A stretch of DNA of 64,000 nt from an uncultured virus (IMG/VR IMGVR_UViG_3300028394_000079) (IMGVR_UViG_3300028394_000079); one strand, 5' to 3'. Counted from the first letter of the stretch, positions 9,566-19,844 are shown. Notes: a model not told the origin generated them from the sequence alone. Translations and numbers: made by a program.

Positions 9566-9571
9566 AATTAC

Positions 9572-9817
9572 TCACCCCTTTTGAATAAGCTGGTCAATTT
9601 TTGCTTCAAGCTTGTTAAAGCGTTGGTCAATGTGGTTCGTAATTCTGTCAATTTCTGCTTGAGTAACGTTATCACGGGCAACCTCCTCGCGTGTTTTGTT
9701 CAACAGGATAGTGATACGAGTCAATTCCCTGAACTTTTCATTCATCATGTAGCCAATTAATCCCAACACTAAAGTTAGGACTGCTGACCATGCGGTGTTT
9801 AAATCTAGCATTTCCAC
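9572..9817 (-). CDS. Single-TM coiled-coil protein
   Basis: 81 aa, hydrophobic helix then heptads (RFNKLEAKIDQL). Confidence 0.65.
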   Translation of the reverse strand: MEMLDLNTAWSAVLTLVLGLIGYMMNEKFRELTRITILLNKTREEVARDNVTQAEIDRITNHIDQRFNKLEAKIDQLIQKG

Positions 9818-10065
9818 CTCGCAAGGGAAGCCGCCTTACGGGTAGGTCTACCTTTTTCATCTTTCATTGGGCCGGGCATTCCTGACATCCGAGCGCAGAA
9901 TGAGTCTTTCCTTGCACCACCTTGAGGTTGTGGAGCTTTTAAATTACTGCCTGTAGCGGCGTTGTACTTGGCTCGACCCTTGGCAGTTAGACCAGCGCCC
10001 TTGGATACAGGTAATTTTTCACCACGACCAATAGCTAATGAGGGGCCTTTTTTCTTTGTCGCCAT
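9805..10065 (-). CDS. Conserved basic phage protein (RKDSFCARMSG...RWKC)
   Basis: 86 aa; motif recalled from aquatic phage head modules. Confidence 0.7.
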   Translation of the reverse strand: MATKKKGPSLAIGRGEKLPVSKGAGLTAKGRAKYNAATGSNLKAPQPQGGARKDSFCARMSGMPGPMKDEKGRPTRKAASLARWKC

Positions 10066-10799
10066 TACGCCACCTTTAATCTTGACTGGTGAATGTTCTC
10101 TAGCATTGGCATTACAACTTCTTCTCGGAAGTTACGCTCAAATCTTTCTTGTCCTACGTGTGGCAAGCTAATGTCTACATCAATATAAACTTTAAAGCCC
10201 ATTTGCGTAGCCCTGTCGCAGAACAAATAGTCTTCGCCAACATACTTGCCGTTCACAATGGCGAAGTCAAACACTGCCGACATTTTTTCTGTTGGGGACT
10301 TCTCATAAGTCCACTCTGGATGTGCTTTTACCAACGTCTCAATAACATGACGCTGAATCAACATAAACCCAGTAGGTGCACGTTCTAAGCGCATTAACGA
10401 GCCATCAAACTCTAGGTCGCCGTTGGCATCAAAATACACATCCGCAAAAAACTTTGCATCTTTAGCTCTGCGTGGATAAGCTCCGGCAGTGATATCTTTA
10501 TCGCCGCTTTGGGCCATCAAACGCAAAATGTCATCAGCATTAACAATTAGATCAGCATCAATAAACAGAAGCTCTGTGCAGTCTGTTTTTAAGAATTCGT
10601 GTACCAAGGCATTTCGTGCCATGGTAATAATTGAGCAATTAGACAAATCAGACAACGTGACGGACACACCAAGACTCATCGCTTTGGGCATTAACTGCGC
10701 CAGTGCAAATGCGGTCTTAATGTTCAGCTTGCCGTCATAAGCTGGAATGCCTATGAACAGATTGCGCCCCATCAATGTTGTCTGTTTTGTTTCAGCCAT
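10065..10799 (-). CDS. GT-A fold glycosyltransferase
   Basis: IGIPAY start, ARN, LLFIDAD (DxD), TGFMLI, GEDYLFC and PHVG motifs. Confidence 0.85.
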   Translation of the reverse strand: MAETKQTTLMGRNLFIGIPAYDGKLNIKTAFALAQLMPKAMSLGVSVTLSDLSNCSIITMARNALVHEFLKTDCTELLFIDADLIVNADDILRLMAQSGDKDITAGAYPRRAKDAKFFADVYFDANGDLEFDGSLMRLERAPTGFMLIQRHVIETLVKAHPEWTYEKSPTEKMSAVFDFAIVNGKYVGEDYLFCDRATQMGFKVYIDVDISLPHVGQERFERNFREEVVMPMLENIHQSRLKVA

Positions 10800-11343
10800 A
10801 GAACACCGTTACGCCGTTTTGGTTTGTACCAGCAGTACCAAGTTGGCAATAAATTCCAGTGTTAACTTTTATGCCTTCACCGGGAATCACAATGTTTACA
10901 GCCGCCGCTTGACCCGAAGTAGTTGTTGCGGCTGTGTCCAAAGAGAATATCCAACGCCCGCCGGATACAGTTTGCGTACCGCCCGTGCCAGAAGTAATGG
11001 CGGCAATGTTAATATCTTGTACCGTATATGTACTAGAAGTTAACACGGTAACAACATAGTTACCATTTGTGCCGTATCCGCCCGTACCAGAACTAAAAGT
11101 CAAACCAATAGTTTGGCCTGTAACCAATCCATGCGACGCTAAAGTAACCGTAATTACCCCGGCAGAACTACGAACATACGAAGTAATTGCAGTAGGGGTT
11201 GTCACCGTGTCAAAAATATTGATTGTGCCTGCGGAAGTGCCGCTGGTGTAAATAATACCTTTTAAACGATTTGGGCCATTCACCACAATACCGCTAACGT
11301 TTAAGTGCCCGACTAGGACATCATATTGCATTGCCATAATCAA
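10792..11343 (-). CDS. Virion structural protein
   Basis: About 183 aa, T/G-rich, ends IPGEGI...VTVFYG. Confidence 0.65.
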   Translation of the reverse strand: MIMAMQYDVLVGHLNVSGIVVNGPNRLKGIIYTSGTSAGTINIFDTVTTPTAITSYVRSSAGVITVTLASHGLVTGQTIGLTFSSGTGGYGTNGNYVVTVLTSSTYTVQDINIAAITSGTGGTQTVSGGRWIFSLDTAATTTSGQAAAVNIVIPGEGIKVNTGIYCQLGTAGTNQNGVTVFYG

Positions 11344-11354
11344 TCTCCTTGTAA

Positions 11355-11372
11355 ACGGGGGCCGAAGCCCCC
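11355..11372. terminator. GC-rich hairpin between genes (weak terminator or stabiliser)
   Basis: GGGGC-CGAA-GCCCC, giving a UUCG loop on the minus strand; no clear U tract. Confidence 0.4.
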
Positions 11373-11380
11373 TAGATCAA

Positions 11381-11908
11381 TTAAGCAGACGCTGGAGATT
11401 GAGTGCCATTAGACTCTGCTACAGAGTACACAACGGTGTATTGCACAGTACCAACAGTTACGTTGGCAACGGTAGGACGTACCGTAGCAATAATTATTAC
11501 GTCTGTAGCTCCAATACCAGCACCGTTAGGAGAAGCTGTAGTAGCCGCGCCAGCCCAATTTCCCAACTTAGCCGCCGCGCCAGTATTAGCTAAACGACCT
11601 TGAGTTGTAATATCTGTAGAAGCAAAATACAAAGCTGTTGAGCCTGTAATGCCTAAAGACATATTTGCGGCAGTAGAACCAGTAAACGCTACCAAAGTAT
11701 CAATGTGGATACTGGTAATTTGTGCGCCTGCTGGAAGCGTAAACAAAGTAGTTGTTGTATCGGCAGTATAAAGAGCGCCGTCATAAACAACTTTTTTGGT
11801 CTGAGTTACCGAAGTAGCGCCAGTGTTTTGGATTGTTCCAGCAGTAGTGCCGGTAGTGTTTTTAACAGTGCCCAAGAGCCAAGGGCCAAGGTGAGTTGCG
11901 AATCCCAT
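11381..11908 (-). CDS. Capsid-associated (decoration) protein
   Basis: 175 aa, T/A/G-rich, immediately downstream of the capsid gene, AAGGA SD. Confidence 0.6.
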   Translation of the reverse strand: MGFATHLGPWLLGTVKNTTGTTAGTIQNTGATSVTQTKKVVYDGALYTADTTTTLFTLPAGAQITSIHIDTLVAFTGSTAANMSLGITGSTALYFASTDITTQGRLANTGAAAKLGNWAGAATTASPNGAGIGATDVIIIATVRPTVANVTVGTVQYTVVYSVAESNGTQSPASA

Positions 11909-11997
11909 GATGAGTTCCTTACATACAAGTTAAGTGCATCAATCAGTATGCTGTCTGCCGGGACAGTTTGATACACCGGAAAGCCCGGATTAATATG

Positions 11998-12026
11998 TTT
12001 ATACCACTACGTTTAAACCAATGCAA
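11998..12026 (-). promoter_or_regulatory. Sigma70-type promoter
   Basis: TTGCAT-17 nt-TATAAA with TGn extension; spacer contains GTTTAAAC. Confidence 0.6.
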
Positions 12027-12059
12027 CAAAAAAGGAGGCCGAAGCCTCCTTTTTCTTTT
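12027..12059. terminator. Bidirectional intrinsic terminator after the capsid gene
   Basis: AAAAAA-GGAGGC-CGAA-GCCTCC-TTTTT. Confidence 0.85.
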
Positions 12060-12065
12060 CGTCGA

Positions 12066-12977
12066 TTAGGACGAACCGGGTGAACCGAAGATACCTAATG
12101 GATCTGACACGCCGAAGCTGTAACGCTCACGGGCTTTGTAACGAACGTTACCTGTGTCAAAGTCACCGTCCATGCCTGTAGACATGGGGGTACGCACGAA
12201 GTGCTTCAGACCGTTAGGAACGTCAGTCAACAAGAACCAAGCGTTTGTGTCGGTCAAGAAGTGGTTAACGCAATATCCTTCAGGGATAGAGCCGTTGTTC
12301 TTCAATGCATTGATATCGTTGTCGGTTGTGCCAACACGCAATTCAGTCTCAAGGAGACGAGTTGCAACGAACATCAATGAAGGAGGAACCACCAATTTCT
12401 TGGGTTTAGCGGCAATCAGCAAACTGCGCTCGTCTGTCCAAGCGGCGATCTGAATAACAGCGTTTTCCAACGATGTTTCATTCAAGTCAGCGCCTGTAGT
12501 AGGACGATTGCTGTTAGTACCACCGGAAACCAAGGGGTGAGCAGTAGAACAAAGCACCACGCCGTCGCCATAAGTAGGGCCACCAGTGAAAGCGTTGTTC
12601 AGGACGTAAGCGGCCTTAACTTGCTTTGTGTAGGACATACCACGGGCCAAAGCCTTGGTGTAACGTGAAGACAAAGAGTCATACAAGTTATCTTCCACAG
12701 CTTCCTCTGTGATGGAAAATCCCATCGCAATGGTTTCGTGGGTGTAACGTGCAGTCCATGCTTCCTGTGCATTGTCATAAGCGATGGCAGAACCCTCGTT
12801 TTTGACAGGAGCGGCAGAGAAACCAGACAGTTTTGTCTCTTCTTCAAAGCTACGCTCAGATGTCTCTGTTTCGTAGATCTCTTTGTGCTCTTCGCCGTAT
12901 TTGGCGTATTCCAGACCAAACAATGCGTTCAGACCGGGGAGCAACTCTTTCAATAGTTGTGCGCGTGAAATAGCCAT
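12066..12977 (-). CDS. Major capsid protein
   Basis: 303 aa, MAISRAQLLKELLPGLNALFG start, KARERYSFGxSD end; strong SD and terminator. Confidence 0.9.
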   Translation of the reverse strand: MAISRAQLLKELLPGLNALFGLEYAKYGEEHKEIYETETSERSFEEETKLSGFSAAPVKNEGSAIAYDNAQEAWTARYTHETIAMGFSITEEAVEDNLYDSLSSRYTKALARGMSYTKQVKAAYVLNNAFTGGPTYGDGVVLCSTAHPLVSGGTNSNRPTTGADLNETSLENAVIQIAAWTDERSLLIAAKPKKLVVPPSLMFVATRLLETELRVGTTDNDINALKNNGSIPEGYCVNHFLTDTNAWFLLTDVPNGLKHFVRTPMSTGMDGDFDTGNVRYKARERYSFGVSDPLGIFGSPGSS

Positions 12978-12990
12978 GGTAAGTTACTCC

Positions 12991-13605
12991 TTAAATACCG
13001 GTAGTATTGTTGTACTGCGCGGTGTTGAATTTAACGAGAAACTCGTAATATGTCGTGGCGGCTACGGTTGGCAAGCCAGTCGCAGTATCGGGCACAACGT
13101 CAACAACACGGACGGGAAGTGTCGCAGTGGTAGCGGCGGAAGAACCGTCAATACCATAATACGAATCACCAGTGGTGGTAGAACCAACGGTTGCAACCAA
13201 AGCCACGTTAGCGCCAACAATCGCACGGCTATAAGCCGTAGGAGTGGAACCAGCGGCAACAGTAGCGCAGACCTTAAACACAGCACTAGGATCATCCACA
13301 ACATAGGCAAAAGCCAATGCGGTAGTAGTTGAAACTGCGGCTGGGTAGTACTGACTAAACGTCGGTTGACTCAACGAGTTGATGTAAGAACAGCCAACCA
13401 GCACACCAACGATTTTGCCTGAATCAGTGGTTGAAGCGGCTACAATATAGCCGTTTGTATCCACTTGCACAGTATCACCGTTTAGAATTGCTGTAGCGTA
13501 AGCGGCCGCGATTGGGATTTGACGGATCGCTCCGGCGTAGGGTAGACCATCCAGTCGATTGACTGGCTTGAAACCATACGTCTTATCAATGGTAGGGTAT
13601 GCCAT
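12991..13605 (-). CDS. Capsid cement/decoration protein
   Basis: 204 aa, YGFKPV and VVDDP motifs, just upstream of the capsid gene. Confidence 0.65.
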   Translation of the reverse strand: MAYPTIDKTYGFKPVNRLDGLPYAGAIRQIPIAAAYATAILNGDTVQVDTNGYIVAASTTDSGKIVGVLVGCSYINSLSQPTFSQYYPAAVSTTTALAFAYVVDDPSAVFKVCATVAAGSTPTAYSRAIVGANVALVATVGSTTTGDSYYGIDGSSAATTATLPVRVVDVVPDTATGLPTVAATTYYEFLVKFNTAQYNNTTGI

Positions 13606-13622
13606 CTATAGACTCCAAAAAG

Positions 13623-14075
13623 TTAAACACCTTTACCGAAAGTGACCGTGGACTTACGTTCTTTGAACATAGGCATCCTCGGATCGTTCTCTCGCATGTA
13701 AGTATTGTCCACTGACTGCATTTGCGCTTCCGCTTGTTGGCGGTAGTAAGCATCACGCTGTTCAGTAAACTCTACTGGGGTTTTGCAAAGCAACAAACCT
13801 CCCACTTCGATACTGTCCGGGAACTTTGCCGTTGTGGCATTGAACAGACGTATCTCGGGGTGATCGGAAGCCTTAACAGGTTCCCAGCCCTCGGCAAGCT
13901 TTGAGGAATAGTTCGTGGCATCATCTTTTCCTTGCACTGCAATCCGAATCCAGCGAAACGCATAACCTTCTTCCGGGTTGGGATCAGGTAGTAGTTTTGG
14001 TGGCATCCATTGCTTTGGACGCTCCGAAACTTCGCGGGTACTCAGGTCACGGCCTGTACGAGCAGATTTTTCCAT
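13623..14075 (-). CDS. Conserved head-module protein
   Basis: 150 aa, GYAFRWIR...EGWEPV...GGLLLCK motifs. Confidence 0.7.
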   Translation of the reverse strand: MEKSARTGRDLSTREVSERPKQWMPPKLLPDPNPEEGYAFRWIRIAVQGKDDATNYSSKLAEGWEPVKASDHPEIRLFNATTAKFPDSIEVGGLLLCKTPVEFTEQRDAYYRQQAEAQMQSVDNTYMRENDPRMPMFKERKSTVTFGKGV

Positions 14076-15022
14076 TATATTTTCCTCATTTCATTTGCAA
14101 CCGCACGGGCATACTGTTCATTTGTCAGTCCTAACCGCTTGGCGAGATTCACTTGTGACTGCGTAAGTACGATCTTTTTAGGCGCTGTACTACGGGTTGC
14201 AGGTGAAACAACATTGGATTTGGTACGTTGAGGTTTCGCATCAACGGACTCCCCGACTCCAATTTGGTCGGGAAATCTTTCGCGGATGTCAGTGTCTATA
14301 CGTTTATAGTATTCGTCACTGCCAACCCGTACACCACTCTCCACAAGCTCTTCATGCAACCCTAGGGCGTATGAAGTCATCCGTTTGTTGCTACCGAACC
14401 ATCGATTTTGGTCTTGCCATGCAGATAGTTTTTCGTCCACGGGTGCAGGCTGTGGAGCCTGTTGGGTGATTTGTACAGGAGTTTCTTCTTCCTGTAAAGG
14501 GGCAGGCCTAAAATTATTTACTTTATCTGCGCGGATCCTAGCGGTAGTGAGTGCTTCCTGAGCATCCAACAGCTTATCTGCATCTCCAGACTCGTAGGCT
14601 TCCTTGTAAAGGCGCTTGGCCTCTTCAATCTCGCCAGTAATAACTTTCTTAGCCTGCTCCAGTAGAACAGTCTGTCCCTGATTAACAGAACCTTTGAGCT
14701 TTTTGTTCTCCTCAACCATAGACTGGGCAAACCTAATTGCCTCATCTTTTTCTCGTTGAGCAGACTCCTTAGCCCTACGTTCCTCGTGGTAGCCCTTGGT
14801 AAAGTGTTTAAACCTATTCTTTACACTCTCTGAATAGGTTGCTAACTCTTCATCTGTGGGATCCTGCGGGGGTTCAGCCATAGGCGTTCTGTACTTGTCA
14901 TCTTCGGGGGTATCGTCTACCACCTCAATTTCTGGTTCAGCATCTACAACTTTACCGCCCTTACGGGGGTTCTCTTCCTTTTCATCAGGGAACTCAAATT
15001 CAGTCTTTTCGATTTCAGCCAT
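14075..15022 (-). CDS. Capsid scaffolding protein
   Basis: 315 aa, acidic N-terminus, coiled coil, C-terminal AKRLGLTNEQYA helix; lies between portal and capsid genes. Confidence 0.7.
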   Translation of the reverse strand: MAEIEKTEFEFPDEKEENPRKGGKVVDAEPEIEVVDDTPEDDKYRTPMAEPPQDPTDEELATYSESVKNRFKHFTKGYHEERRAKESAQREKDEAIRFAQSMVEENKKLKGSVNQGQTVLLEQAKKVITGEIEEAKRLYKEAYESGDADKLLDAQEALTTARIRADKVNNFRPAPLQEEETPVQITQQAPQPAPVDEKLSAWQDQNRWFGSNKRMTSYALGLHEELVESGVRVGSDEYYKRIDTDIRERFPDQIGVGESVDAKPQRTKSNVVSPATRSTAPKKIVLTQSQVNLAKRLGLTNEQYARAVANEMRKI

Positions 15023-15031
15023 GATTTCTCC

Positions 15032-15436
15032 TTAAGTTGGACGTTGAATGCCACGGGGGTCTTGAACTACCGCCTGCACTGAGTCGTCATTAATGAGTCT
15101 CCACTCCGTACCGTGAATCTTCATGCGGGTTCCCGTGTTAGGACGTACTAACACAAAGTCTCCCACCTTACAGGACGGGCCAGAAGGGAATCGGGCTTTA
15201 TCTCCAAACGCATCGGGGCCAATCTTGGCTACAAATAACACGGGGGAAAGAAGCTCCTCGTGGTACATCGCAGTTGCAGATTTAAGGATACCTGTTTCGC
15301 TAAACTCTTCTTCTGCTTTGGGAAGCATACAGAGGAGGTGGTAAGTGGCCGGATCGGGCACTTGTTTGGCTTTCTCTTCGATGGAGGTGTTAAGCACTCC
15401 ACTAAGATCCACCGCACTAACATCAAAGTCAGTCAT
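15032..15436 (-). CDS. GroES-like co-chaperonin
   Basis: ETGIL mobile loop, VAKIGPD, KVGDFV and RLINDDSV motifs; start MTDFDV assumed. Confidence 0.75.
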   Translation of the reverse strand: MTDFDVSAVDLSGVLNTSIEEKAKQVPDPATYHLLCMLPKAEEEFSETGILKSATAMYHEELLSPVLFVAKIGPDAFGDKARFPSGPSCKVGDFVLVRPNTGTRMKIHGTEWRLINDDSVQAVVQDPRGIQRPT

Positions 15437-15626
15437 CTTCATACTCTTTCGTTTTTCGCACAAGGTCAGCAATTTCATACTGCGCGGTTTGCAGACCTCG
15501 GATATTGCCGCACAGTTCTTTGTAGTGATCGTGGGATTTAGCACCACCCTCACTGACAATCTGAATCAACTGCTTGAGGTGTTCATCAAGCTTCTTGTTT
15601 AAACTTTCAAGCAGAGGATTCATCAT
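15429..15626 (-). CDS. Small conserved protein
   Basis: 65 aa, HYKELCGNIRGL; overlaps portal stop. Confidence 0.7.
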   Translation of the reverse strand: MMNPLLESLNKKLDEHLKQLIQIVSEGGAKSHDHYKELCGNIRGLQTAQYEIADLVRKTKEYEDD

Positions 15627-18109
15627 TCACCTTTCGGTTGGTTTTTCGAGTTAATAAGCATTTGAAGAAGTTGTTGTTTAGCCTGTAAATCCTGCGTCTG
15701 TTGGTTGTGAGACAAAGACTGCTGGTGGGTTTGTTCAGCCTGACGCAATTCGGCTTGATGCCTCATTGCTTCCATGGCAATTTCCTGTTGCTGGCGCTGT
15801 GCGGCCATGGCAGGGTCTTCGCCTTGTTTAGATGCCATATCTTGAGCCTTGAGTTGCAGTTCTGCTTGCTTGATGGCAAGCTCTCCCTGAACCTTTTGAG
15901 CTTTGGTTTGAGCATCTTGTTGCTTGATCTGAAGCTCTGCCTGTTGCATCTGCATGACGGGGTCTTGCATCTGCTGTTGGGCTTGTTGTTGAGCCGCTTG
16001 GCCCTTGTTGATCTGAAGCAACTGAGCCGCCGCTTGAGCCACAAGTTTGGACAACTGAACTTCCACCTCCTCAGGCATTTCAATGTCTGGTTTGGGTAGA
16101 GTCGCTCCAAGGCGTTGTTCAATCTTGGAACGGTACTGGAAGGCAATGTGTTCAGCTACGTGGGCCATGATTGCGGCCTGCATCTGTTGAGCCATGGGGT
16201 TCTGGCCCATCTGACCCATAACCATGGGATCTTGCATCATGGATGTATGTACAGCTATGTGTGCATCATGATCCTGATAGATGAAAGCCTTTGTAGGTTT
16301 ACCTGTAAGGAATGCCATGTTCTCGGAGATAGGATCTCTGGGGGTCATGTCATCGTCTATAGGTACTAGCTTGTCTGCGTTCTTAATACCTAGAACTTCA
16401 ATCATCTGGCGGTGCAGGACTGGTAGGTTATAGATCTGAGGAGCACCCTGAGCTAACTGGATCACAGCTTGATACTGCATGATCCTTTGGGCCATCGTGG
16501 CTGAGTTAGGATCTGATACGGGTATCACATCCACCATGTCGTAATCAGAGCGTTTAGCCTGTGGCGTTCCTGCAACAGGTGTGTACTCATAAGACTCTGG
16601 GGTGTAGTCCCTGATGATTGACTTGAGGAGTTTAAACTCTTGTTTCATTGAGTAATGAACACGAGCCTGTACCGCAGACATTGTTTTGAGTTGTCTCTCA
16701 AGCAGGGCCAGAGTTGTACCTACAGGGGCGTTGGCAGACATATCGCTGATGTTCATATCTGCGATGGATCCAAGTCTCCGACCTTCGTCTGTGATCTGGT
16801 TTAAGAGAGCCAATAGAACCTGAGAGGGTTCCTTGTATGGCAGGGCCATGATGTTCTCTTTGACTGACCCGCTTGGTACGTCCACATCCCTAAACTCACC
16901 GGGATTGATTGGGGTGTCGTCGTCTTTGATCCTCAGTCCACGGGTTTTTAATCCACCGGGCAGATTAGACAGAGTACCTGCGTCTACCAACTGACGGATT
17001 AAGGATGTGCCTGCACGGGCGTATCCACCGATCAAATGGATTAATCCAAGGCCATAAGCACCAAATCCCGGTACGTAGGTGTACTGGACAAAATGCTGGC
17101 GCTTTAAACGGTGCTCATCATCCTCATCCCAGTTACGGCGGATAGCAAGAATTTTTGTAGTCCCACGCTCTAAGGTAACGACGTAGGGAAGAGCAATCCC
17201 GTCTTCATCTTCATAACCCGGTAAGTCGTAGTCTACGTGGATCTCATAGATCTGGTAGCGGTCATCATCTGAGAGGTTGTAGCCTTGATCTTCAGCCTTC
17301 TTCTTCTCAACGTCAGTGTAAAACTGGAGGGGATCGCCAAGATCCTCATCTACATAGAAACCCGAGACTTGAAGCTTGCGGATGTCATTCTTGGTCTTAC
17401 GCATGATGTGCGTAACACGCTCGGATGTCATGGCGCTGGAAGCACCGTAAGGGATGATCACATCTTCAGCAGGGATAAAGATGGATGCCTGACGGCCCAT
17501 AGAGGGGTCGTAGTAGACTTTCTTGAAAGCCGCTCCGGCCAAACCTAGGGAGTAGAGCATTCTTTCATGCTCAGGACGGTACTCAGGCATACCTTCCGTG
17601 AGCTTGTAGTTCATGTCATCTTTGACACGCTCCGCCGCCTCCTCTTTAAGACGATCAATTGCGCCGATAATTTCTGTTTTAACCGGCCCTTGCGCTGGAA
17701 AAGTTTCAATAATAGTCTCACTTTGAAACCTAACTGCCGCTTCGGTGAGTACGGTGGAAAAGACACCACAAGCACCGAGCCAAGGCTCCGTTCTCTCTTC
17801 ATATTTCATTCCCAAAACATCTAGGCCTTTGACATACATATCAACCCAGTCTTTTCTGGAATTAATATCTGAGTCCACCATTTCAATCAAGTCGCTGGCA
17901 ATCTTCTCCAACTCACCTTTGTCCATGTATTCGGCAAGGTTGTCCCCAAAGCCTTCTTCCTCATCTGGCATGAGATCTATCTCCATGCCGTCCATGTTTA
18001 AACGCACCCCTTCTGGATTCTCAATCTCAATCTCAAGGACTGGTGTGTTGTCAAGCTCTAGGTCGTTTAAACCCATTGGGGCTTGGCTCAATGATTGTTC
18101 AATACTCAT
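15623..18109 (-). CDS. Portal protein (P22-like)
   Basis: 828 aa, GAAFKKVYYD, YGLGL...LVDAGTLSN, Q-rich C-terminal barrel; follows TerL. Confidence 0.85.
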   Translation of the reverse strand: MSIEQSLSQAPMGLNDLELDNTPVLEIEIENPEGVRLNMDGMEIDLMPDEEEGFGDNLAEYMDKGELEKIASDLIEMVDSDINSRKDWVDMYVKGLDVLGMKYEERTEPWLGACGVFSTVLTEAAVRFQSETIIETFPAQGPVKTEIIGAIDRLKEEAAERVKDDMNYKLTEGMPEYRPEHERMLYSLGLAGAAFKKVYYDPSMGRQASIFIPAEDVIIPYGASSAMTSERVTHIMRKTKNDIRKLQVSGFYVDEDLGDPLQFYTDVEKKKAEDQGYNLSDDDRYQIYEIHVDYDLPGYEDEDGIALPYVVTLERGTTKILAIRRNWDEDDEHRLKRQHFVQYTYVPGFGAYGLGLIHLIGGYARAGTSLIRQLVDAGTLSNLPGGLKTRGLRIKDDDTPINPGEFRDVDVPSGSVKENIMALPYKEPSQVLLALLNQITDEGRRLGSIADMNISDMSANAPVGTTLALLERQLKTMSAVQARVHYSMKQEFKLLKSIIRDYTPESYEYTPVAGTPQAKRSDYDMVDVIPVSDPNSATMAQRIMQYQAVIQLAQGAPQIYNLPVLHRQMIEVLGIKNADKLVPIDDDMTPRDPISENMAFLTGKPTKAFIYQDHDAHIAVHTSMMQDPMVMGQMGQNPMAQQMQAAIMAHVAEHIAFQYRSKIEQRLGATLPKPDIEMPEEVEVQLSKLVAQAAAQLLQINKGQAAQQQAQQQMQDPVMQMQQAELQIKQQDAQTKAQKVQGELAIKQAELQLKAQDMASKQGEDPAMAAQRQQQEIAMEAMRHQAELRQAEQTHQQSLSHNQQTQDLQAKQQLLQMLINSKNQPKGE

Positions 18110-18117
18110 AATGTTCC

Positions 18118-19617
18118 TTAGTAGTAGGCTACTTTTCTGCGGTAGTTAATAGGCTCATCTTCTTCATCTGAGTCGATGGATATAAAGCCCCCCAGTCGAA
18201 ACCGCATCAAAGCTTGACTGCTTGAGTCCACGAGGTCATCATGATCTCCGTTGGGGAAGGAAGCCATCTCATCCATGACTTCTTCTGCCCATCGGGTATC
18301 GGGACACCAGACCATGCCGGACTCAAACAAAGCAGAGATTGCGTTTACACGCGATATCTTATCGTTTCCTTTCCCCGGCGTATACTCTGCGATAGGAATT
18401 CCCATCTTCCGCATCTCGTAGATCAAAGGAGCGCCAGCCGCTCTCTTCTCAATGATCAACGTGTCTGGTTCAAACTCTTTGTATAGATCTAAAGCTCTGC
18501 GTTTGAGTTCAGGAAACTCCATGCGCTCCTTCATTGCGTCCAGAAGGATGATGTTTGGCTTTAAATCACCAGATTTATTGGGGTGTTGGAAGACACCCCA
18601 TGTTGTGCAAGCTGAATAGTCGGCCCGATTGTTTTTTTCAAAGGCGGTATCCCAAGATTGGATGATGTATTCACACGAAGGAGGACGTTTCTCCTCCCAA
18701 ATCTGCCAATGTTCTCTCTTTACAATCGCACCTTCTTCAGATGTGGGGTTCTGTTGGTACTGAGCCTCCCATTTAGAGACTGGAAGCTCTGATTTCAGGG
18801 CTTCTAGAGCCTCTTTTGACCAGAATCCGGGCCATAAAGGGTTCCCATTGGGCATAATTGCCGGAAAATCAATGATTTCCCACTGATCTACGCCGTCTTT
18901 GCCCGAATTCTTGAGGATTTGACCTGTCAAATCCCTCTTAGACCACCTAGTCATCACAATAATGATGGATCCACCCGGCTGGAGACGCTGTCTAGGCCCA
19001 GATGTGTACCATTCATACACATTATCAAACACTGCGGGGTTGCCTTGCTTGGCTTCTTGCTCTGAATGGGGGTCGTCAATGATTAAGAGATCAGCGCCTT
19101 TACCTGTAACAGCGCCGCCAACACCGATAGCAAAGTAATCACCACCCACGTTAGTGTTCCAGCGACCAGCGGCCTTTGAATCGCTCGACAGCTTTGTAGA
19201 AAACACCTTCTGATAATGTTCTGAAGAGACAAGATTCCTAACCTTCCTTCCAAAGCCGGTGGCAAGCTCTGCGGTGTGAGCAGTCTGAATAATCTTCTTC
19301 TCAGGATACTTTCCTAGAAACCACGCAGGTAAAAGAAAAGAAGCAAACTCAGACTTGGTATGCCTAGGAGGCATATTAACAATAAGACGCTTAAGCTCTC
19401 CCCTAGCTACACGCTCAAAAGCATCTGCCATCACTTTGTGATGCGCTCCAGAGATAAAGATAGGCCACATCTGGGTAACGAAATAAAGAAAGGACTCCTT
19501 ACTCCGTTCAACCTTGTCCATCTCTAGTAGAGCTTGGATCTTTGCACGGTTCTCCTTAGATGCCCCCGGAACCATTGCCATGTAGTTCTGTATCTCTGTG
19601 TGGGTAAGGAGACTCAT
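18118..19617 (-). CDS. terL: Terminase large subunit
   Basis: MPPRHTKS Walker A, LIIDDP Walker B, MTRW, SWDTA and HDDLVD nuclease motifs. Confidence 0.95.
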   Translation of the reverse strand: MSLLTHTEIQNYMAMVPGASKENRAKIQALLEMDKVERSKESFLYFVTQMWPIFISGAHHKVMADAFERVARGELKRLIVNMPPRHTKSEFASFLLPAWFLGKYPEKKIIQTAHTAELATGFGRKVRNLVSSEHYQKVFSTKLSSDSKAAGRWNTNVGGDYFAIGVGGAVTGKGADLLIIDDPHSEQEAKQGNPAVFDNVYEWYTSGPRQRLQPGGSIIIVMTRWSKRDLTGQILKNSGKDGVDQWEIIDFPAIMPNGNPLWPGFWSKEALEALKSELPVSKWEAQYQQNPTSEEGAIVKREHWQIWEEKRPPSCEYIIQSWDTAFEKNNRADYSACTTWGVFQHPNKSGDLKPNIILLDAMKERMEFPELKRRALDLYKEFEPDTLIIEKRAAGAPLIYEMRKMGIPIAEYTPGKGNDKISRVNAISALFESGMVWCPDTRWAEEVMDEMASFPNGDHDDLVDSSSQALMRFRLGGFISIDSDEEDEPINYRRKVAYY

Positions 19618-19844
19618 AGGCGTACCACTTCACGTACGCTTGTATCGACCAGCTTAATAGAACAAAACTTATAAGGACGGACGGTCAGGTGACCGTCTTC
19701 CTTTAAACGATGGACAATCCTGTGGACATTTGACTTAGAACTCAATCCTATTCCTTTGGCAATAACTTCATAAGACGGAGGAACTCCGTGTAACCTAATG
19801 TAGGCACGTATGAACTCCAAAACTAATTGGCGATGCTTGGTCAT
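19614..19844 (-). CDS. LexA N-terminal-like winged HTH protein
   Basis: GVPPSYEVIAKGIGLSSKSNVHRIVHRL; no peptidase domain. Confidence 0.8.
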   Translation of the reverse strand: MTKHRQLVLEFIRAYIRLHGVPPSYEVIAKGIGLSSKSNVHRIVHRLKEDGHLTVRPYKFCSIKLVDTSVREVVRL

